From the NCBI GenBank assembly GCA_965153355.1, contig OZ231126.1, positions 24,428,001-24,492,000 of the forward strand: 64,000 bases of DNA, given 5' to 3'. A program made the position numbers and the translations under genes. Of the stretch, positions 1 through 14,981 are shown in pieces; the stretch's first letter is position 1; every line of letters starts with the position of its first letter. The notes beneath the pieces are model-generated. The model did no database searches. It was not told where the DNA came from and worked only from the letters and a program-made list of their open reading frames with translations. Origin of the DNA: Flaccisagitta enflata. Taxonomy: Eukaryota.

Positions 1-148
1 ATTGGAGGAAAGAAGAGATGAAGAGAGACAAAATATCTCCCTTGATAGCATCAGTTCGGAGTAGGCAACACATGTTCGGAGCAGACGTTAATACTTTGCT
101 CTTACGATTTTGCCAGTCCCCATCGACAACTTTTCTCGTTCTGAAGAA

Positions 149-311
149 TTTTTAGTCGCGGACAAGCGACTCTACACCTTGCTATGTCGGTCCATCCGTC
201 CATCCGTCCGTGCGTCCGTCCCTCCATAACATTCATGAATTGCGAGCGGTTTTTGCGTTACTGCCCCTGCCCAACCGTTCGCGATTGTGGTGTCGTGTAT
301 CCGGCCTTGTT
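149..311 (+). mobile_element. HINE/DINE-1-like element, family A
   Basis: T-run, AGTCGC...GCGACT hairpin, (CCGT)-type microsatellite, 3' end GTGTATCCGGCCTTGTT. Many copies in the window. Confidence 0.7.
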
Positions 312-943
312 TCCTCTCAACCACAACCTCGTCCATATTTTCCATTTCCTCCCCACTCTTTTGCCCAACCTCTACCAACATTCTCTCTTTCACCATCCGC
401 CCTCTCTCACGTCGCTCCTCTTCTTTATTTTTCTGAATCATTTTCTATACCTACACCATATTTCGCTCTACCTCTGCTTATTTGGTTTTCAACAAGCCGC
501 CTCCCTCTCCCTATCCTGCTTTATTCTTTCATTTTCTCCCACCCTCCAAATCCATTGTTTTTATCCAACAACTTAAACCTCTTTTCCCCCTTCCTGATTC
601 AAATGCACCCAACATGTACATGATTCACATGCACATGATTCACATGTACCCGACAGTTTTCCAACTTATGCTTTTCCACCATTCTCCTCCTCCGCGTCTT
701 TGTCCTCCTCCATTTTCTCCTTCTTTTCCTCGCTCTCTCAAATCTCGAGTGACGCCAAAGAATGATTTCCTTCATTTCACCCAAACCCAAAGCGCCGAAG
801 TCACACGGACAATCTGTCGGCAACCAAATGATGTCGCCTCCTCTTCCCTCTCTTCCCCTTCCTCCTCCTCCTCGTCATCATCATCATCACTTTATGCTCC
901 CCCATCCTCATCAATTTCCCTTTCCTCTTTGTCAAATCTTACA

Positions 944-1099
944 CAGATACACCCCGACATAACGGACTTGAGACTAATGGATATTAGCTTATAACAGACG
1001 AGAAATCCTTTGTGTCATTTTGTTGTTTTTTGTTTTTTATTGGCAATGACGGAAATCCGTCTACAATTGATAGATGAAATTTGTCACGGGGTTCAACTG
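944..1099. mobile_element. Degenerate pogo/Tigger-like MITE
   Basis: Ends cagatacaccccg / cggggttcaactg; similar to 13438-13611. Confidence 0.45.
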
Positions 1100-1581
1100 G
1101 ATCCCTCCTGAAACTCTTTCCTTTTTGCCTTGTTTTCTTTAGTCTTTATGTCAGTTCCTTTTCCCATTACATTTCAGTATAATCGAACTAATTAATCTTT
1201 TCACATTCAAGAATATTCCATTTTGATTATGTGTTCTTATGAATCTTACGCTCCGTGTTAACCCTTCACCGTCGAACATTTGACCGGCAACCGCTTCTGA
1301 AACGTTAGTTAAATCATGGGTTCTCCCTAACCTTATCAGCAACCAACCTCACCCCTGAATTTTCAGTCATATAGAAAGCCCCCTTGCCCCCTTGCCCCCT
1401 TGCCCCCTTGCCCCCTTGCCCCCTTACCCCCTTGCCCCCTTGCCCTCTTGCCCCACAACCTAGCAGCCTCCTTCCTCCTCACCATATCTCCAAATGTCGC
1501 CCTCGACTATCGTCATCTTTCAGCAGCCGTCAGCAGCATCAGAACAAATCCAGGAGATTCGTGCCAGGAAATATATGAGAA

Positions 1582-1687
<106 letters not shown>

Positions 1688-1870
1688 AAAGTCCATGAGA
1701 AATCGGAGCGTTTATTTCCACATCCTTCATCCGTTTAGTTCAGTCCTTACTCTTTTTCTATTTTTGTACGATGCCTTGAAGCCCTGTGTTAGCCAAGAGA
1801 GAGAGAGAAGTGAGTGAGTGAAAGGCAGCGTATAAACTTTATAGCGTCAATCGTATCCGGGTGAAGCCTA

Positions 1871-2060
1871 AACAAGGCCGTATGAAAGGCAATCCTAGTC
1901 GCGGGAGGGTGGTAAGCCTATGACTCATAGGCTATGAGGCACTTGGGCAGGAGCAGTTACACAAAAAACGCGTATAATCAAGGAATGTGATGACTGACCA
2001 ATGGGTCGATGGTTCAACCGAAAAGTGGCTTATAGAGCTGTGTAGCACGCGACTAAAAAA
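1871..2060 (-). mobile_element. HINE family A, degenerate
   Basis: aacaaggccg...ctagtcgcg at the left and tagcacgcgactaaaaaa at the right. Confidence 0.6.
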
Positions 2061-2627
2061 TGATATTGAAAACGTGAAATAATGGATTAGGATGGCCCGA
2101 TGGACCGACTGACGAACCGAATCGACCGATGGATTAAAAAGCGGCTCATAAAGGTCGACCGACTCATAACCTTTCTTGATAGCTACCGTTCATGCCAATG
2201 CGGGAAAAAAGTTTGTTTTTGTGTTTTTTTTTGTTTTTTTTTTGTTTTTTTTTTGCGATGTTTGATCATTCTGTAAAATGAAATGATTAAATACGCACAT
2301 TCGCACGTCTATCAAAAGATTTCTCTGTCAGTTTATCTGTTAGTAATGTATTCGCAAGGGGGCCCATCGGGTAACAGTCGCAAAAGCATTACATGGCTAT
2401 GCATGGTCAGCGGTAGTCGATACCCCTGAGTTACTGTAAATAAGGATGAGAGGGTGAGAGGGGCAGCAGCCCCAGAGTGAAAGATGATCCCACACAGGTC
2501 TGATTTCAGGGCTAACAGGTCGCCCAAGGGTAGGGCTTGATAAACTTTTTGGCTGCCAACAAGCAACATTTTTTCATTAACCCCTGCCTGCAAAATATTT
2601 ACTTTAAAGTATTTTAATGACGTACAG

Positions 2628-2935
2628 TAGGGTGGTCACGAAATAGGGTCAAATTTCAAAAAATGATATACTCTAGTCTTTTGCATAAATGTACCAAAAA
2701 AAAAAGGTTTTCCCACAAGTAGAGGTCTGAATTTGAAGATTAAACCATGGCGGCAAAACTATAGGCTTCCTATGGCAATAAAAAAATTCCCATAGCAACC
2801 CTATAGTTTTGCCAACAAGGTTTCTTGTTTGATTTCATATCCCAGCTTGTGAGAAATCCTTCTTTTATTGGACATTTGTGCAAAGGGCTCAAGTATATCA
2901 AAATATGAAATTTGACCCAATTCTGGACCACCCTA
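2628..2935. mobile_element. hAT-type foldback MITE
   Basis: TIR TAGGGTGGTC...GACCACCCTA with extended internal palindromy; exact 8-bp TSD ACGTACAG (2620-2627, 2936-2943). Confidence 0.88.
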
Positions 2936-3284
2936 ACGTACAGGACCAGTAAGAAGTCACTTGACTTTATCTATATGTTTTTTAATGAATATGTTTTTTG
3001 GCATATTTTTGACATATTAATCATCATTGTGTTTAAAGGAAACATGTAGCGGCAATTCTAAATGTTTTATCTCACTTATCTAGCAAACCAAATGAAATAA
3101 TTTGTAATCCTCTGTAGGAAGAGGCAACTTTTATGTATTAGCAAGTAGATCTATTCAATTCATTTTCTTTTTTCCCTCTTTTTGTCCATTCTTGCTTTAG
3201 ATATTAATTTTTTTAGTCTCCCTGCCTACAAAATCAGCAAGCTGCCTACAAGCAATGCTTGCGTGCTTGGGCACTTTGTCGTAC

Positions 3285-3594
3285 CCTGCGGCCAAGGGCA
3301 ATATGTGGTCAGCTTTACATGGTTGTGTATCGGAGTGGGAGGAAGCAGGGCAGTGGCCCCAAAGAGGACAAAGTCTTGTAGAACACACAGGGACTTGTTC
3401 GTCCTTCCGTCCGTCCATCCGTCAGTCTCCCCTAGACTGAGAGGGCACATTTCAGGTCTAAGAAGGCAGATTTCAGCCCTGAGAGGGCAGATTTTAGGCC
3501 CGAGAGGTTCCGGAGAACTAATGGACAGACGTGCAAACAGACGATCAAAGGGACGATCAAAAGGACTTAGTCCCCTTTGGGGCTGCTGCCTAAA
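3285..3594 (-). mobile_element. HINE family B variant
   Basis: gggcaatatgtggtcagc core, agggcagtggcccc arm, ~21-bp gagggca.atttca repeats, inverted arm ending ctgctgcctaaaa. Confidence 0.55.
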
Positions 3595-3622
3595 AGGTTG
3601 CATACCAATACAACACAAACAT

Positions 3623-4019
3623 AATAGTCGCAAAAGCGTTAGATGGTCAGCGCTACCCGTGCCCTGTCTAGGTAGGTTGTGGTTTAAGTTGAAAGGGGAG
3701 CAGGGCAGCGGCCCTGACGGGGTTGTTGACCTATGCTTTCACACATATGGGGGATTTTTTTACCGATACTCCTCCTTCTTCTCCTCCTTTTCCTCCGTCC
3801 CCCCCCCCCTCTGACTCAGATCCTAGCCTCAATGCCCTGATTCCAACCTTGAGGCCCAAATCCCAGCCTCGAGGTCCAAATCCCAGCCTTGAGTCCCAAA
3901 TCCCCGCCTTGAGGCCCAAATCCCAGTCTTGAGGGTTCAAGAATGAGATTAGGGCCTCAAGGCTGAGATTTGGGTCTCAAGACTGGGATTGTCATCCCTT
4001 CGGGGCCGCTGCCCAAAAA
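3623..4019 (-). mobile_element. HINE family B (subterminal inverted arms, 21-bp minisatellite)
   Basis: aatagtcgcaaaagcgttagatggtcagcg...gggcagcggccc...cggggccgctgcccaaaaa. Confidence 0.7.
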
Positions 4020-4826
4020 GTAACCTGATAAAAACTTTACGAAGCACTGTGTTCGAAAGCAGTCATCATTTAGTAATAATGTAATTGGTCATCATGATTG
4101 TAAAATCTCAGACCAAAGAACATATTAAGAAACTCCTTTTAACCCTTTTGTACTCAGAACAGAAAGAAAGTTATTGGCCTCAGCGCCAACGAAAGAGAGA
4201 AAAAGATTTTTCATTCCATCGATTTCTTGGAGCCTGTCTACTGTCTCTGTGTGTCTGTGTGTCTCTCTCCCTCTGTCCTTGTGTCTGCGTGTTTCCGTTT
4301 TTCCTCTTACTATGTCGTTTTGTCAGTCTGTCTTTGTATATGTCAGTGTTTCTCTCCTTTTTTTCTCTCTCCCTCCCCCCTTCCCTCCTTTTCCTTCTTT
4401 TCTTTTCCGTGTTTTTTGCTCTTTTCTCTCGCTTTCTCTAACTCTCTCTTTTCTCTTTTTTTCTCATTTTTCTTTTCTTTTGTTTTCGTTTTTTCATGTT
4501 CGTTTCCCTCTTTCTCCCTTATCTCACTCTTCTCTATTCCGCGTTTTCTATTCCTCGTTTGTTGATCATTCTGTTCTTTCAATGTAATGCTTTTTTTTCT
4601 CCGCCTGCTTTTTTTCTGGGGTTTCACTTCAGCATTGTTATATGCCGTACTTCATAACTGTTAATGATACCATTGTAATATTAACGTCGGGGACTCACTT
4701 GTTCCCTGATTATCTATTTTGTATCCTGTATATCATACATTTTTCATTCATGTGTAAGTCTATCTGTCTACCCATTGCTGTGTCTGTCTCTGTCCTTGTC
4801 TCTGTCTCTGTCCGTCTCTCTGTCTT

Positions 4827-4873
<47 letters not shown>

Positions 4874-5110
4874 CCCACCATGGCTCCCCACACGGCTCCG
4901 CCTACCCAGATCTCAAAACCCTTCCCACGAGTCTTGGTCATGATGGATTTTTCATGCAAGTCAAAGCAGCAGCAGGCACCAGCGGCAGCAACAACGAAAG
5001 AAACAGCAGCCGCGACAGCAGCAGCGGGAGCAGGATAGAGAGTGCAGCAACGGAAACGGCAGCAGCAATAGGAGGAGCCTGACGGATCGAAAGTCGGGGC
5101 AGTAATGAAG

Positions 5111-5623
5111 AACTGTTCATCCAAGGATCTCACATGGTCAGCGCTACCCCTTACCCTGCTTGTAGAGATAAGCCAAAACAGTGCAATGTAAGCAGGGGAG
5201 TGGCCACAATGACTGATGACCTATAGAAGAATGGGGTAAATTTCTAGACTTTCTTACGGGGTATTTTTCATGGGCATTGAGGACTGATTTATGATAGAAG
5301 GCATGTATAAGTTCTACAAAGACAAATTAGAGAGGTGGGAGTCTCACACTCTGCCTTGACGAGCTTGTAAAGACATAAACAAGTGCAATTTTTAGGCACA
5401 AGAAATCAAATATGAAGCCTGAGAGGCCAGTTTTGAGTTCTAAAAGGAAGCCTGAGAGAGAAAATCAAAGGCTTGAAGAGAAAATTTTAAGCCTGAGGGA
5501 CTAGTTTAACGCTTGATATCTTCACAGGTTTGGAGAGGGGGAAAGTGCGAATAGAAAGACAGATATTTGGAAATTCCTCCCAGCGCTCTATGGGACATCG
5601 CCCCTTTAGGGCGGATGCCCAAA
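5111..5623 (-). mobile_element. HINE family B, degenerate
   Basis: catccaaggatctcacatggtcagcgctaccc at the left and atcgcccctttagggcggatgcccaaa at the right. Confidence 0.5.
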
Positions 5624-5653
5624 GAGAAAATGGCGCAAGGGTAGATAGAAATT

Positions 5654-5777
<124 letters not shown>

Positions 5778-5790
5778 TAAAGACAGACAA

Positions 5791-5849
<59 letters not shown>

Positions 5850-6646
5850 GTGAGACAGACAGTGAGACAGACGGACGTCCAGTCACGCAAATAGAAAGAC
5901 AAACATGTATAGAGGCACAGGTAGGCAGATAGGATGACAGGCAGACATAGGCAGAAATACAGGATCGACTGTATGGGCGACAAGGCTGGGTTTAAGGTGT
6001 AAGTTACTGTGGAGACTTTCATGTTGCAATTACCAAAAGTTACATTGCAATGGCAAAACACAGTCTTGTAATCTGCAAAACTGATTTAAGTGGATATCAC
6101 ATCTTATGAACTAACCAAGACAGTTTCAGTCTGAATAGAAGAGAAATCTATCCATTAAATAGTAAGATAGACATCAACAGTCACAACATATCATCTGGAA
6201 TGAACTTGGAATGAAGTCTCTAGAAATAGATTGATGAATGAAGAGTACAAATATCTATGTCTATGGGAGCAGCGGCGTACGATGATTTAAGTCAAAAAAT
6301 ATTTGTGCTGACTCTTGATTTTACTACTACAGGATGATCAATCTCAACTAGCAAAAACTACTAGGCTTTCACTCTTAGGTGCAATGTCTTAGGTACCTGA
6401 AATCATTTGCAACTTATTGCAACTTACTCGAAATTTTTTGTGTCCAAATTTCATGGGTCTGAGATGGATAGTTTGCCAACAAAATCAAATTGCATCCCCG
6501 AAGAAAAAAAAATTGGGTCTCATAGGTCACTATTTTGAGAAGGCAGGAAAATTTCTCAGATTTTCATTTCTAGAATGATTGTTCATAGTCGCACGGATCG
6601 ATCTCACACTAATTTACGTTTACTGTGGTAAATAAAAGAATGAACA

Positions 6647-7260
6647 AATAGTCGCAAAAGCGTTACATGGTCAGCGGTACCCTATGCCCCTAAGTTAGTG
6701 TATGTGGGAATGAGATTATGAGAGGGGCAGCGGCCCCGGAGGGGCCGATGACCTATGATTCCACATAGGACAATTTTCTCTGGTTTGAGAAGCTGGTTTG
6801 GAGGGCTGAGAGGCCTGATTTTGGCTCTGAAAGGTCTGATTTAGGGTGTGAGAGGCGTGGTTTGGGGTCTGAGAGGCTTGATATGGGGTCTCAAAGGCCG
6901 TATTCGGGTCTAAGGGGTCTAATTTGGGGTCCGAAAAGCCTAACATGGGGTCTGAGGCCTGATTTGGATCTGAAAGGCCTAATTTGGGGTCTGAGAAGCC
7001 TGATCTGGGGTCTGGGAGGCCTGATTTGGGGTCTGAGAGGCCTGATTTGGGGTCTGGGAGGCCTGATTTGAGGTCTGAGAAGCCTGATTTGGGGTCAGAA
7101 AGGTCTGATTTGGAGTCAAAAAGGCCTGATTTGGGGTCTGAGAGGCTTTATTTGAGGCTTGGGGGAGGGGGGGGACGGACGGACGGACGGACGGAAACCG
7201 GAGAAAATTGCCCTATGTGGAATCATAGGTCATCGGCCCCTCCGGGGCCGCTGCCCAAAA
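6647..7260 (-). mobile_element. HINE family B, full length
   Basis: Same termini as other family B copies. About 55-bp inverted arms (6725-6780 and 7200-7256), a 21-bp gaggcctgatttggggtctga array and (GGAC)n. Confidence 0.78.
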
Positions 7261-8436
7261 ACGAAGAAAAAATATGCAACGCACGGTTGTGAGAGAAGGC
7301 TTGATTTCAAAGAAAGAAGGCCGGATACACAGCTACCCTAGTCGCGTGCGGGTGGGCAGGGGTAGTGATGGAGAAGGTCACTTGGGCATTTGAGAGTTTT
7401 AAACACATACACACATAGTGTAAGAGACATGGCAACAAAGGAAGAGAGAGACGAAAGAAAACGAGATTGGAATCAGTAATGAAATACGGAAGACCCGGGA
7501 ATGAATGGAATTTCAATGGATGGGAAAAAGAGGACCGAAGAGAGAAAAAAAGAAAGAGAAAGAGAGACAAAGACAAAGACCAAGACAGACACAGAGACAG
7601 GGACACACAGAGACGGAAAAAGTAAGACAAAAACAGAGGCAGAGACAGACAGTGACGGAGACAGAGACAGACACTGCTGCTAAAAAGCAAAGGAGAATGA
7701 AACAGTATTCATATTTGAACCAAAAAGCCTTAAATGGATTAGATAGTGCTCAGTTTATCAGGGATAATGAATTACTTGAGCAGCCCGTTTATGAATGTGA
7801 ATGTCCTTGGTATTCATCACTTTCCGCCCAACTCTTTTTTTTTTTGTATGAAATAATTCTATCTCTTCTCCCCTTAAGGCCTTGTTTCTCTCTTTCATGA
7901 AACTTCCTGTTTCTCTGTCGATGTTTCTTTTTCCCCCTTGTTTTCCCCTCTTTGTGTCCTTTATTGTCGCTTAAATTCGGATTTGTTTGTTTGTTTGTTT
8001 TTTTGTTTGTTTTTTCATTCTTTTTTCCCTTTCTCGTTCACTTGCCAATTCGTGATTTTCAAATCTCTTTCTTTACATTTATGCTTTAGTTCTATCCTCC
8101 TCATATGTTTTTCACGCTCTTTTTTTCTGTCAACCAAGTCCTCATTTGCACTGTTCTTTTTTTTCTCTCTCACTCTTTCTTTGGAAAGACAGATGCGGCA
8201 TCTGGGGACGATTGCTCACAAACTGACGGATTTACCATCTATCATCTTTGCATCTCTCAAGGACGCTCTCAGTCTCTCAGCCCTTCCTCTCTCGCTGTTG
8301 CAAATGCAAACTTCAAAAAGTTTTGCGCTTGCCCCTTATCTTTAACTCACCCCCACCCTTTCTCCTTTAACCATCTCTTCAACTTACCGTTCGAACTTCA
8401 CTCCATCCCATCACCCATAGCCGTTTTAAAACAAAT

Positions 8437-8830
8437 AAGATAAAAAAAGTGAAATAGAATGAAATAAGATAAGATAGAATAGAATAAAATAAAATAGAAT
8501 GAAATAAAATAAAACAAAATAAAATAAAATAAAATGAAATAAAATGACATAGAATAAGATCAAATAAAATAAAATAAAATAAAATAAAATGAAATAGAAT
8601 AAAATAAAATAAAATGAAATAAAATAGAATGAAATAAGATAAAATAAAATAAAATGAAAAAAAATGAAATAAAATAAAATATAATGTAATAAGATAAAAT
8701 AAAATAAAATAAAATAAAATGAAATGAAATGAAATGAAATGAAATGAAATGAAATGAAATGAAATGAAATGAAATGAAATAAAATAGAATAAAACAAAAT
8801 GAAATGAAATGAAATAAAACAAAACAAAGA
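8437..8830. repeat. (AAAAT/GAAAT)n pentanucleotide repeat
   Basis: Seen directly. Confidence 0.95.
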
Positions 8831-10038
8831 ACAAAACAAAAGCAAAAAGAAAAAACAACACAAAACAAAGGCACTATATCTTTTTATATGTGTGTTTCAC
8901 GCGACGAGACATGAATCTAAACAGGACACCAGATGGTCATCGTGTGAATGACGTTGGCCACATATTGCAAATTCCGCGTCGGTGCATGGAAAACGCTTTG
9001 TTCTCATTCTAAGGGCTTAGGTATGAACCAGACCATAACATTAAACCAAGTTCATTCATTGACCATAACAATAAACCGAATTCATTCATTCATTCATTCA
9101 TTCATTCATTCATTCGCGGGCGCTCAAACTTCCTGGCGAAAATGCCTTTTTCCACCGAGAACGGCAAAATATCATTTCATGAAGTGTATCGATGCTGCAA
9201 TCGAACTAATATGATTCTTCGCCTTTTGAACATTTCAGCTAAAAGCAATATGGACTGACCCACAGACAGAGCAACGAAAGCCTAGAGAGACATGACCGCC
9301 AAGATGATGTTCATTGCTTTTAACTGATAATGTAAGACATTGCTAGCGAGGGAAAGTGAAACTTTCAAGTCCGTTTTTCATAGTGGAGTTAATGTATGAC
9401 GCAGCATGTAAATATTTGTCAGTGAAGTAGATCTGATGGCATTTTGATTTGTTCTTTTTTATACAATGTAGCTATGAAGCTGCCAAACACAAATAATTAA
9501 CAAACAGCAGCGGCCTTTAGCGGCTTCCCGTTTTTCTAGCTGAAAGGCAGGATTCGAACCCATGAAAATCTTCGCTTTCCCTGTCTACCATTGCTTACTA
9601 ATTGGGTACAAGAGGGAGCGAATCAACAAGCCTAATGTAGCTCATACTGTGAATTGTAATTGCACAGGATAACCTTTGCATATGGACAAATCAGACGTAT
9701 ACTAGCTCAGGCTAGCAGATTGCTTTACCGTATTTGAACTGGGGGAAGTTAGCCAACCGCAACATTTTTTTAAAACAAATTAATAAATGAATGACTAAGA
9801 CGGGGGAGAAAAACAAAGCTTCGTTGTTTTTTGTGGTGTATGAATTAAACGCTAAATGGACCAAAACAGATATTGACAGGTACCTTGATTTTATTCCGCA
9901 CACGCGGCTTAACTGGTTGGGCTTTCTACAGACTGAAACTTGATTTACAAATTCTGCTAATCATACAAGTGACGCGGGGTCGCGGACGGGTGGGCCAGGG
10001 AACCTAACCCCCATGCTCACCCCCCACCTTCCAACCCC

Positions 10039-10245
<207 letters not shown>

Positions 10246-10765
10246 TAACAACTGCAGCATCATGAATGCGCGTTTTTTGCGTTTTAACACAAGCGTGAAG
10301 GACTGAGCGATGGACCAACAAACGGACCAAGAGACAGACAAAACCTTTTATAGAATTGCTTGTCCTCGACTTAGAAAAGAAGTAGTGAAAATTCGAACTA
10401 ATAAGCAATCTGGTTCCAGACTTGTCGCGCTAAGTTGCTCAATGTTATTTTAGTAACAAAAAGCCATAAGGAAACAATCAGACTCAGATGAAAAAAATAC
10501 GGTAAACGATTTTAGCATTCAGGTTTGTTTTGATCGGGGGCCAGCAAACTTATTGCTTTTTCGTCGATATGGAATGCATAAAACACTCACGTCCAGTGAA
10601 ATTTAACGTGATGTTTAACAAAGACTATTTGTTAGCTGAAGATTTACAGAACCAAGCTTCTAATATCTTATCTTAAATCGTAGACACATCTAGCAAATGT
10701 GTCACATGTCGGTGGTTTATCTGCGGTGGTGAGTGACATAGTCGCATATGTTGCGTTTCAAGTTC

Positions 10766-10885
<120 letters not shown>

Positions 10886-12099
10886 GAATTTACGAGTTTT
10901 GTTGATGGGTGGCTCCACCATCAACGCCGGCGATTCATCAACATCTTTTCTCCAACCAAAGTATTTATCTCTTTTCGCTTTTTTTTTTTTGCTAGATTTT
11001 ATGCTTAATTCGTTCCTCATTTCATTCCTTTTATCCGCTTCAATCGAATCCACATTCATCTTGGACTCCGGACCTCTTGTTTGCATCATCATTTCTGTTT
11101 TTCCTTCGTCATGTTTTTTTTTCTAATCTTTTCGTTAGAGGGGGTATAGGATTTAGTTGGTTCAATTTTAGTGGGTACTTTAAGCAAGATTTAAACCCGT
11201 GCAGCGTTCGCTCCCGATGGCTTCCACTGTGCGACAAGGTTAGCATGTATTTGCATTGGTAAAATCAGATTGCATTTGTAAAATCAGATTGTGAGAATGA
11301 CTTACCGGCGTTTCTGATCAGTTACTGCGTTCATTGAAATGCGTCTTTGTTTCACGACTATCTCTGAGCCCATGATAGTAGCATTATTTACTAAATCCTT
11401 TGAAACATGGATTGAAAAATTATTTTTTCCAATTTTAGGGTTGATTTTTCGTCTTGCTGCATGATCATTCGTCATATCCCGGGGTGGTTGTGATAACTTC
11501 AGTTATGTCAAGTGCGCAGATAGCGATAAGGGGAGGGGAGGTTTGAGCTCGTATTGTACGTACTTTACAACGGATGTTGACCAAGAAACATGTCATTTTC
11601 TTTTTTTTTTCGCATTTAACCATTTACCATCCAATATTATGGCTTATATTCTCTCTAACCCTTCATCCTCGCTCTCTTATTCGCCATATTTCAACGTGTA
11701 ATAAATATTGTAAAGGTCGTCGTGGTCGGTGGTTTGAGCTTCCTCATGTTCATCGTCGTCGTCGTCGTCGTCGTTTTCTTCATCATAGTCATCGTGATCG
11801 TCGCCAAAAGTTGGACTTTTTGCGTTACTTCTTGCCCTACTGAACGACGATTCAGTCCCGCTGGTTTTTGAGCCTTCGTCGTAAATTTTTCTGAGCTCCT
11901 CCTCTGCCTCCATAAAACCTCCTCCTTTGCCCCATAAAATCCTCCCCCGTCCCTCCTCTCTGTCACGTCTCCACCTAAACAGGCCATAAAACCCCATCGT
12001 CTCCCCATAAACTAGCCTCCGCTCCTCCCATCCGTCAGCTGCCTCATCTAGTTTCCTTCTTTTCGTTTCTCTTGGCTCTTCCTCTTCGTCCTCCTCCTA

Positions 12100-12690
12100 C
12101 CTCTTCTTCTTCTTCTTCCTCTTGTTCTTGTTTTTGTTCTTCTTTTTCTTCTTCTTCTTCTTCTTCTTCTTCTTCTTCTTCTTCTTCTTCTTCTTCTTCT
12201 TCTTCTTTTTCTTTTTCTTTTTCTTTTTCTTTTTCTTCTTTTCATCTTCCTCTTCTCCTCCTCTTTCATCTTATCTTCTTCTTCTTTTTCTTCTTCTTCT
12301 TCTTCTTCTTCTTCTTCTTCTTCTTCTTCTTCTTCTTCTTCTTCTTCTTCTTCTTCTTCTTCTTCTTCTTCTTCTTCTTCTTCTTCTTCTTCTTTTTCTT
12401 TTTCTTTTTCTTCTTCTTCTTCTTCTTCTTCTTCTTCTTCTTCTTCTTCTTCTTCTTCTTCTTCTTCTTCTTCTTCTTCTTCTTCTTCTTCTTCTTCTTC
12501 TTCTTCTTCTTCTTCTTCTTCTTCTTCTTCTTCTTCTTCTTCTTCTTCTTCTTCTTCTTCTTCTTCTTTTTCCTTTTCTTTCTTTTTTTCTGTTTCTTTT
12601 TCTGTTTTTTTTTCTTCTTTTTCTTTTTCTCTTCTTGTTCTTCTTCTTCTTCCTCTTCTTCTGCTTCCTCTTCCTCTTCCTCTTCTTCTT
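12100..12690. repeat. (CTT)n trinucleotide/polypyrimidine tract
   Basis: Seen directly. Confidence 0.95.
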
Positions 12691-13437
12691 CCCTCCTTCA
12701 TCTTCTCCCCCATTCGTCTCTTTCCAGTCCCCTCTGCTGTCTCCTCTCTCTCGTTACCGTCCATTAACTTCTTCTCCATCTCCTTCTCTCTCTCTCCCTC
12801 TCTCATTTGGTATTCTACTTTTGCCAACCCTCATTTACATTAATAGCGCCAGATTCGGAAATCATGATGAGGTACATCGTATCCTCATTTGTGTTACAAA
12901 TGGATTATAGACCTGGCTTCTTTTACCAGATTCGGTAATCACTTGCTTTCGTAATGAGGCACATCATATTCTCGTTAAGGCACAAACCCCCTGACGAGGT
13001 GTATTTTTGGTAATAAGTCGCGGCAACGTAACCGACATTCAGCGCCAATTATGAGCCTCGTCATTATAATACAAGCGTATTACATTTGTCACTAATAATA
13101 TGAAACTTTTAGTCACAGAGTTCCTTTATGGTGTTGTCCGCCTCTGCCGTGCCGTCCGTGACCATAACTATATGGGTTGTCCAATTCCATTAGTTCTAAA
13201 GTAATTTAAAGTATCTCAAAATTTCAAATTTCTATGGCGTAACTTCTGTCTATTACAGCTTGATGTCTGAGATAGGATAAGGTCCCAAATGATAGTTACT
13301 AATGTGATTTTGCCTTTCTTTAAAGGTTAACCTGAGATAAACGTGAAATATCTTCAGTCCCAATGAGACCGATGACGCGGGGTCCTACTGCACTTGATTA
13401 CTTGACACTTAACACCGAGTGTATAAACAGTGAATTA

Positions 13438-13611
13438 CAGTTGAACCCCGCAAGAACGGATGTCTAAGTACCAACCTAATGTATCTATTTAAGGCGGATT
13501 TCCGGTATTGTTAATATAAGAATCAAGAAATGATATGAAAGGATCAAAATGTCTTATTTGATGAAGATGGATTTTCTTTATTCTTGGATCTGTTAAAGCG
13601 GCGTGTAACTG
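13438..13611. mobile_element. pogo/Tigger-like MITE
   Basis: TA|CAGTTGAACCCCGC...GCGGCGTGTAACTG|TA; imperfect ~24-bp TIR. Confidence 0.6.
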
Positions 13612-13855
13612 TAGTTCTTTTATCCGAACACAACCGTTTGACTCGCCATCCCCCAGTCCCATCCCCCTCGTGTATTTGTTCTTCATCTTCTTTTTTTACA
13701 ATGAAACAAATCAATCCATGTCATTGGCAAATTTCCGCCCATCTCTCCGTTAAAAACCCCTTTTCAACGGCGCTTCTTCGGTGCGGTCGTAAATATCGGT
13801 TTTTACCTTGGGCTGACGGCCGTCCCGTTAACCCGTCCTCCCGGTGGACCAACCC

Positions 13856-13913
<58 letters not shown>

Positions 13914-14301
13914 CCGGGGGGACTCCGCCGCGAAATGACCGAGTTTTTATGTGGCATTTTGTAGTTTATGATGGTGCTGTTTAAAGACCCAGATTCGCTT
14001 CTTGATTTACTGCGTTACCCGTCTTTAATTTGCTCTTGCCTTGTCATATTCATCCTCCTCCTGGACAGACTCTCTGTCTTCATCAGTCCTTGTTATGATC
14101 TCTCCTCTCTCGTTCCTAATTTCGTCTATCTACCTGCTTTACGTTTCACTCTAGTTATTTTGTCTGTATATCTGTCCGTCCGTCTATTAGTTCACTCATT
14201 CGTTTAAACGCTTGTAAGCCCATTATGCCACTAATGGGTCCGCCAGTACATCTGTACATCTGTACATCTGTACATCTGTACATCAGTTGCTTTTGCTCTC
14301 T

Positions 14302-14398
<97 letters not shown>

Positions 14399-14598
14399 CC
14401 TCAACTTACCGCTTGCCATTTTCTGTTCATAATGACATTAGAACTTTGGAAAAAAAGAGGGAAAACAATAAGAAAGTTATGAAACTAAAAGAAAACTACT
14501 AAATAGTCATTTCTTGCTTTTTTCCCCTCTCTACTTTGATGGTTGAATAGTTTCCTTCCTGCCTGAGCTTTTCCCTTACCCGTTACGTCGTCTTTTGC

Positions 14599-14688
<90 letters not shown>

Positions 14689-14890
14689 AGAGAGGGATGT
14701 GTTTCCTTCTTCCTTCTGAACCATCGAGTTTTTGCTCATAAACCTGACTTTTATGTCCTTCTTTAATGTCTGCGTCTTCATTCAATCTAATTGCCCGCAT
14801 CGTTAAACTCACTCTCTCTCCTCCTTGAGGGGTAACACTAACAACAGCGCTATGCAAAAAAGATAGAAACAGAAACAGAATCTGAAACAG

Positions 14891-14981
<91 letters not shown>

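Noticed and set aside
9545-9610. tRNA gene (minus-strand GGTTCGAATCC)
   Set aside because: Only a B-box-like motif; I could not form a cloverleaf. At most a SINE remnant.
12048-12910. Poly-Glu/Phe/Leu ORFs and similar RE, SL, CV, HT, KKER ORFs throughout the track
   Set aside because: Translations of microsatellites with no domain content.
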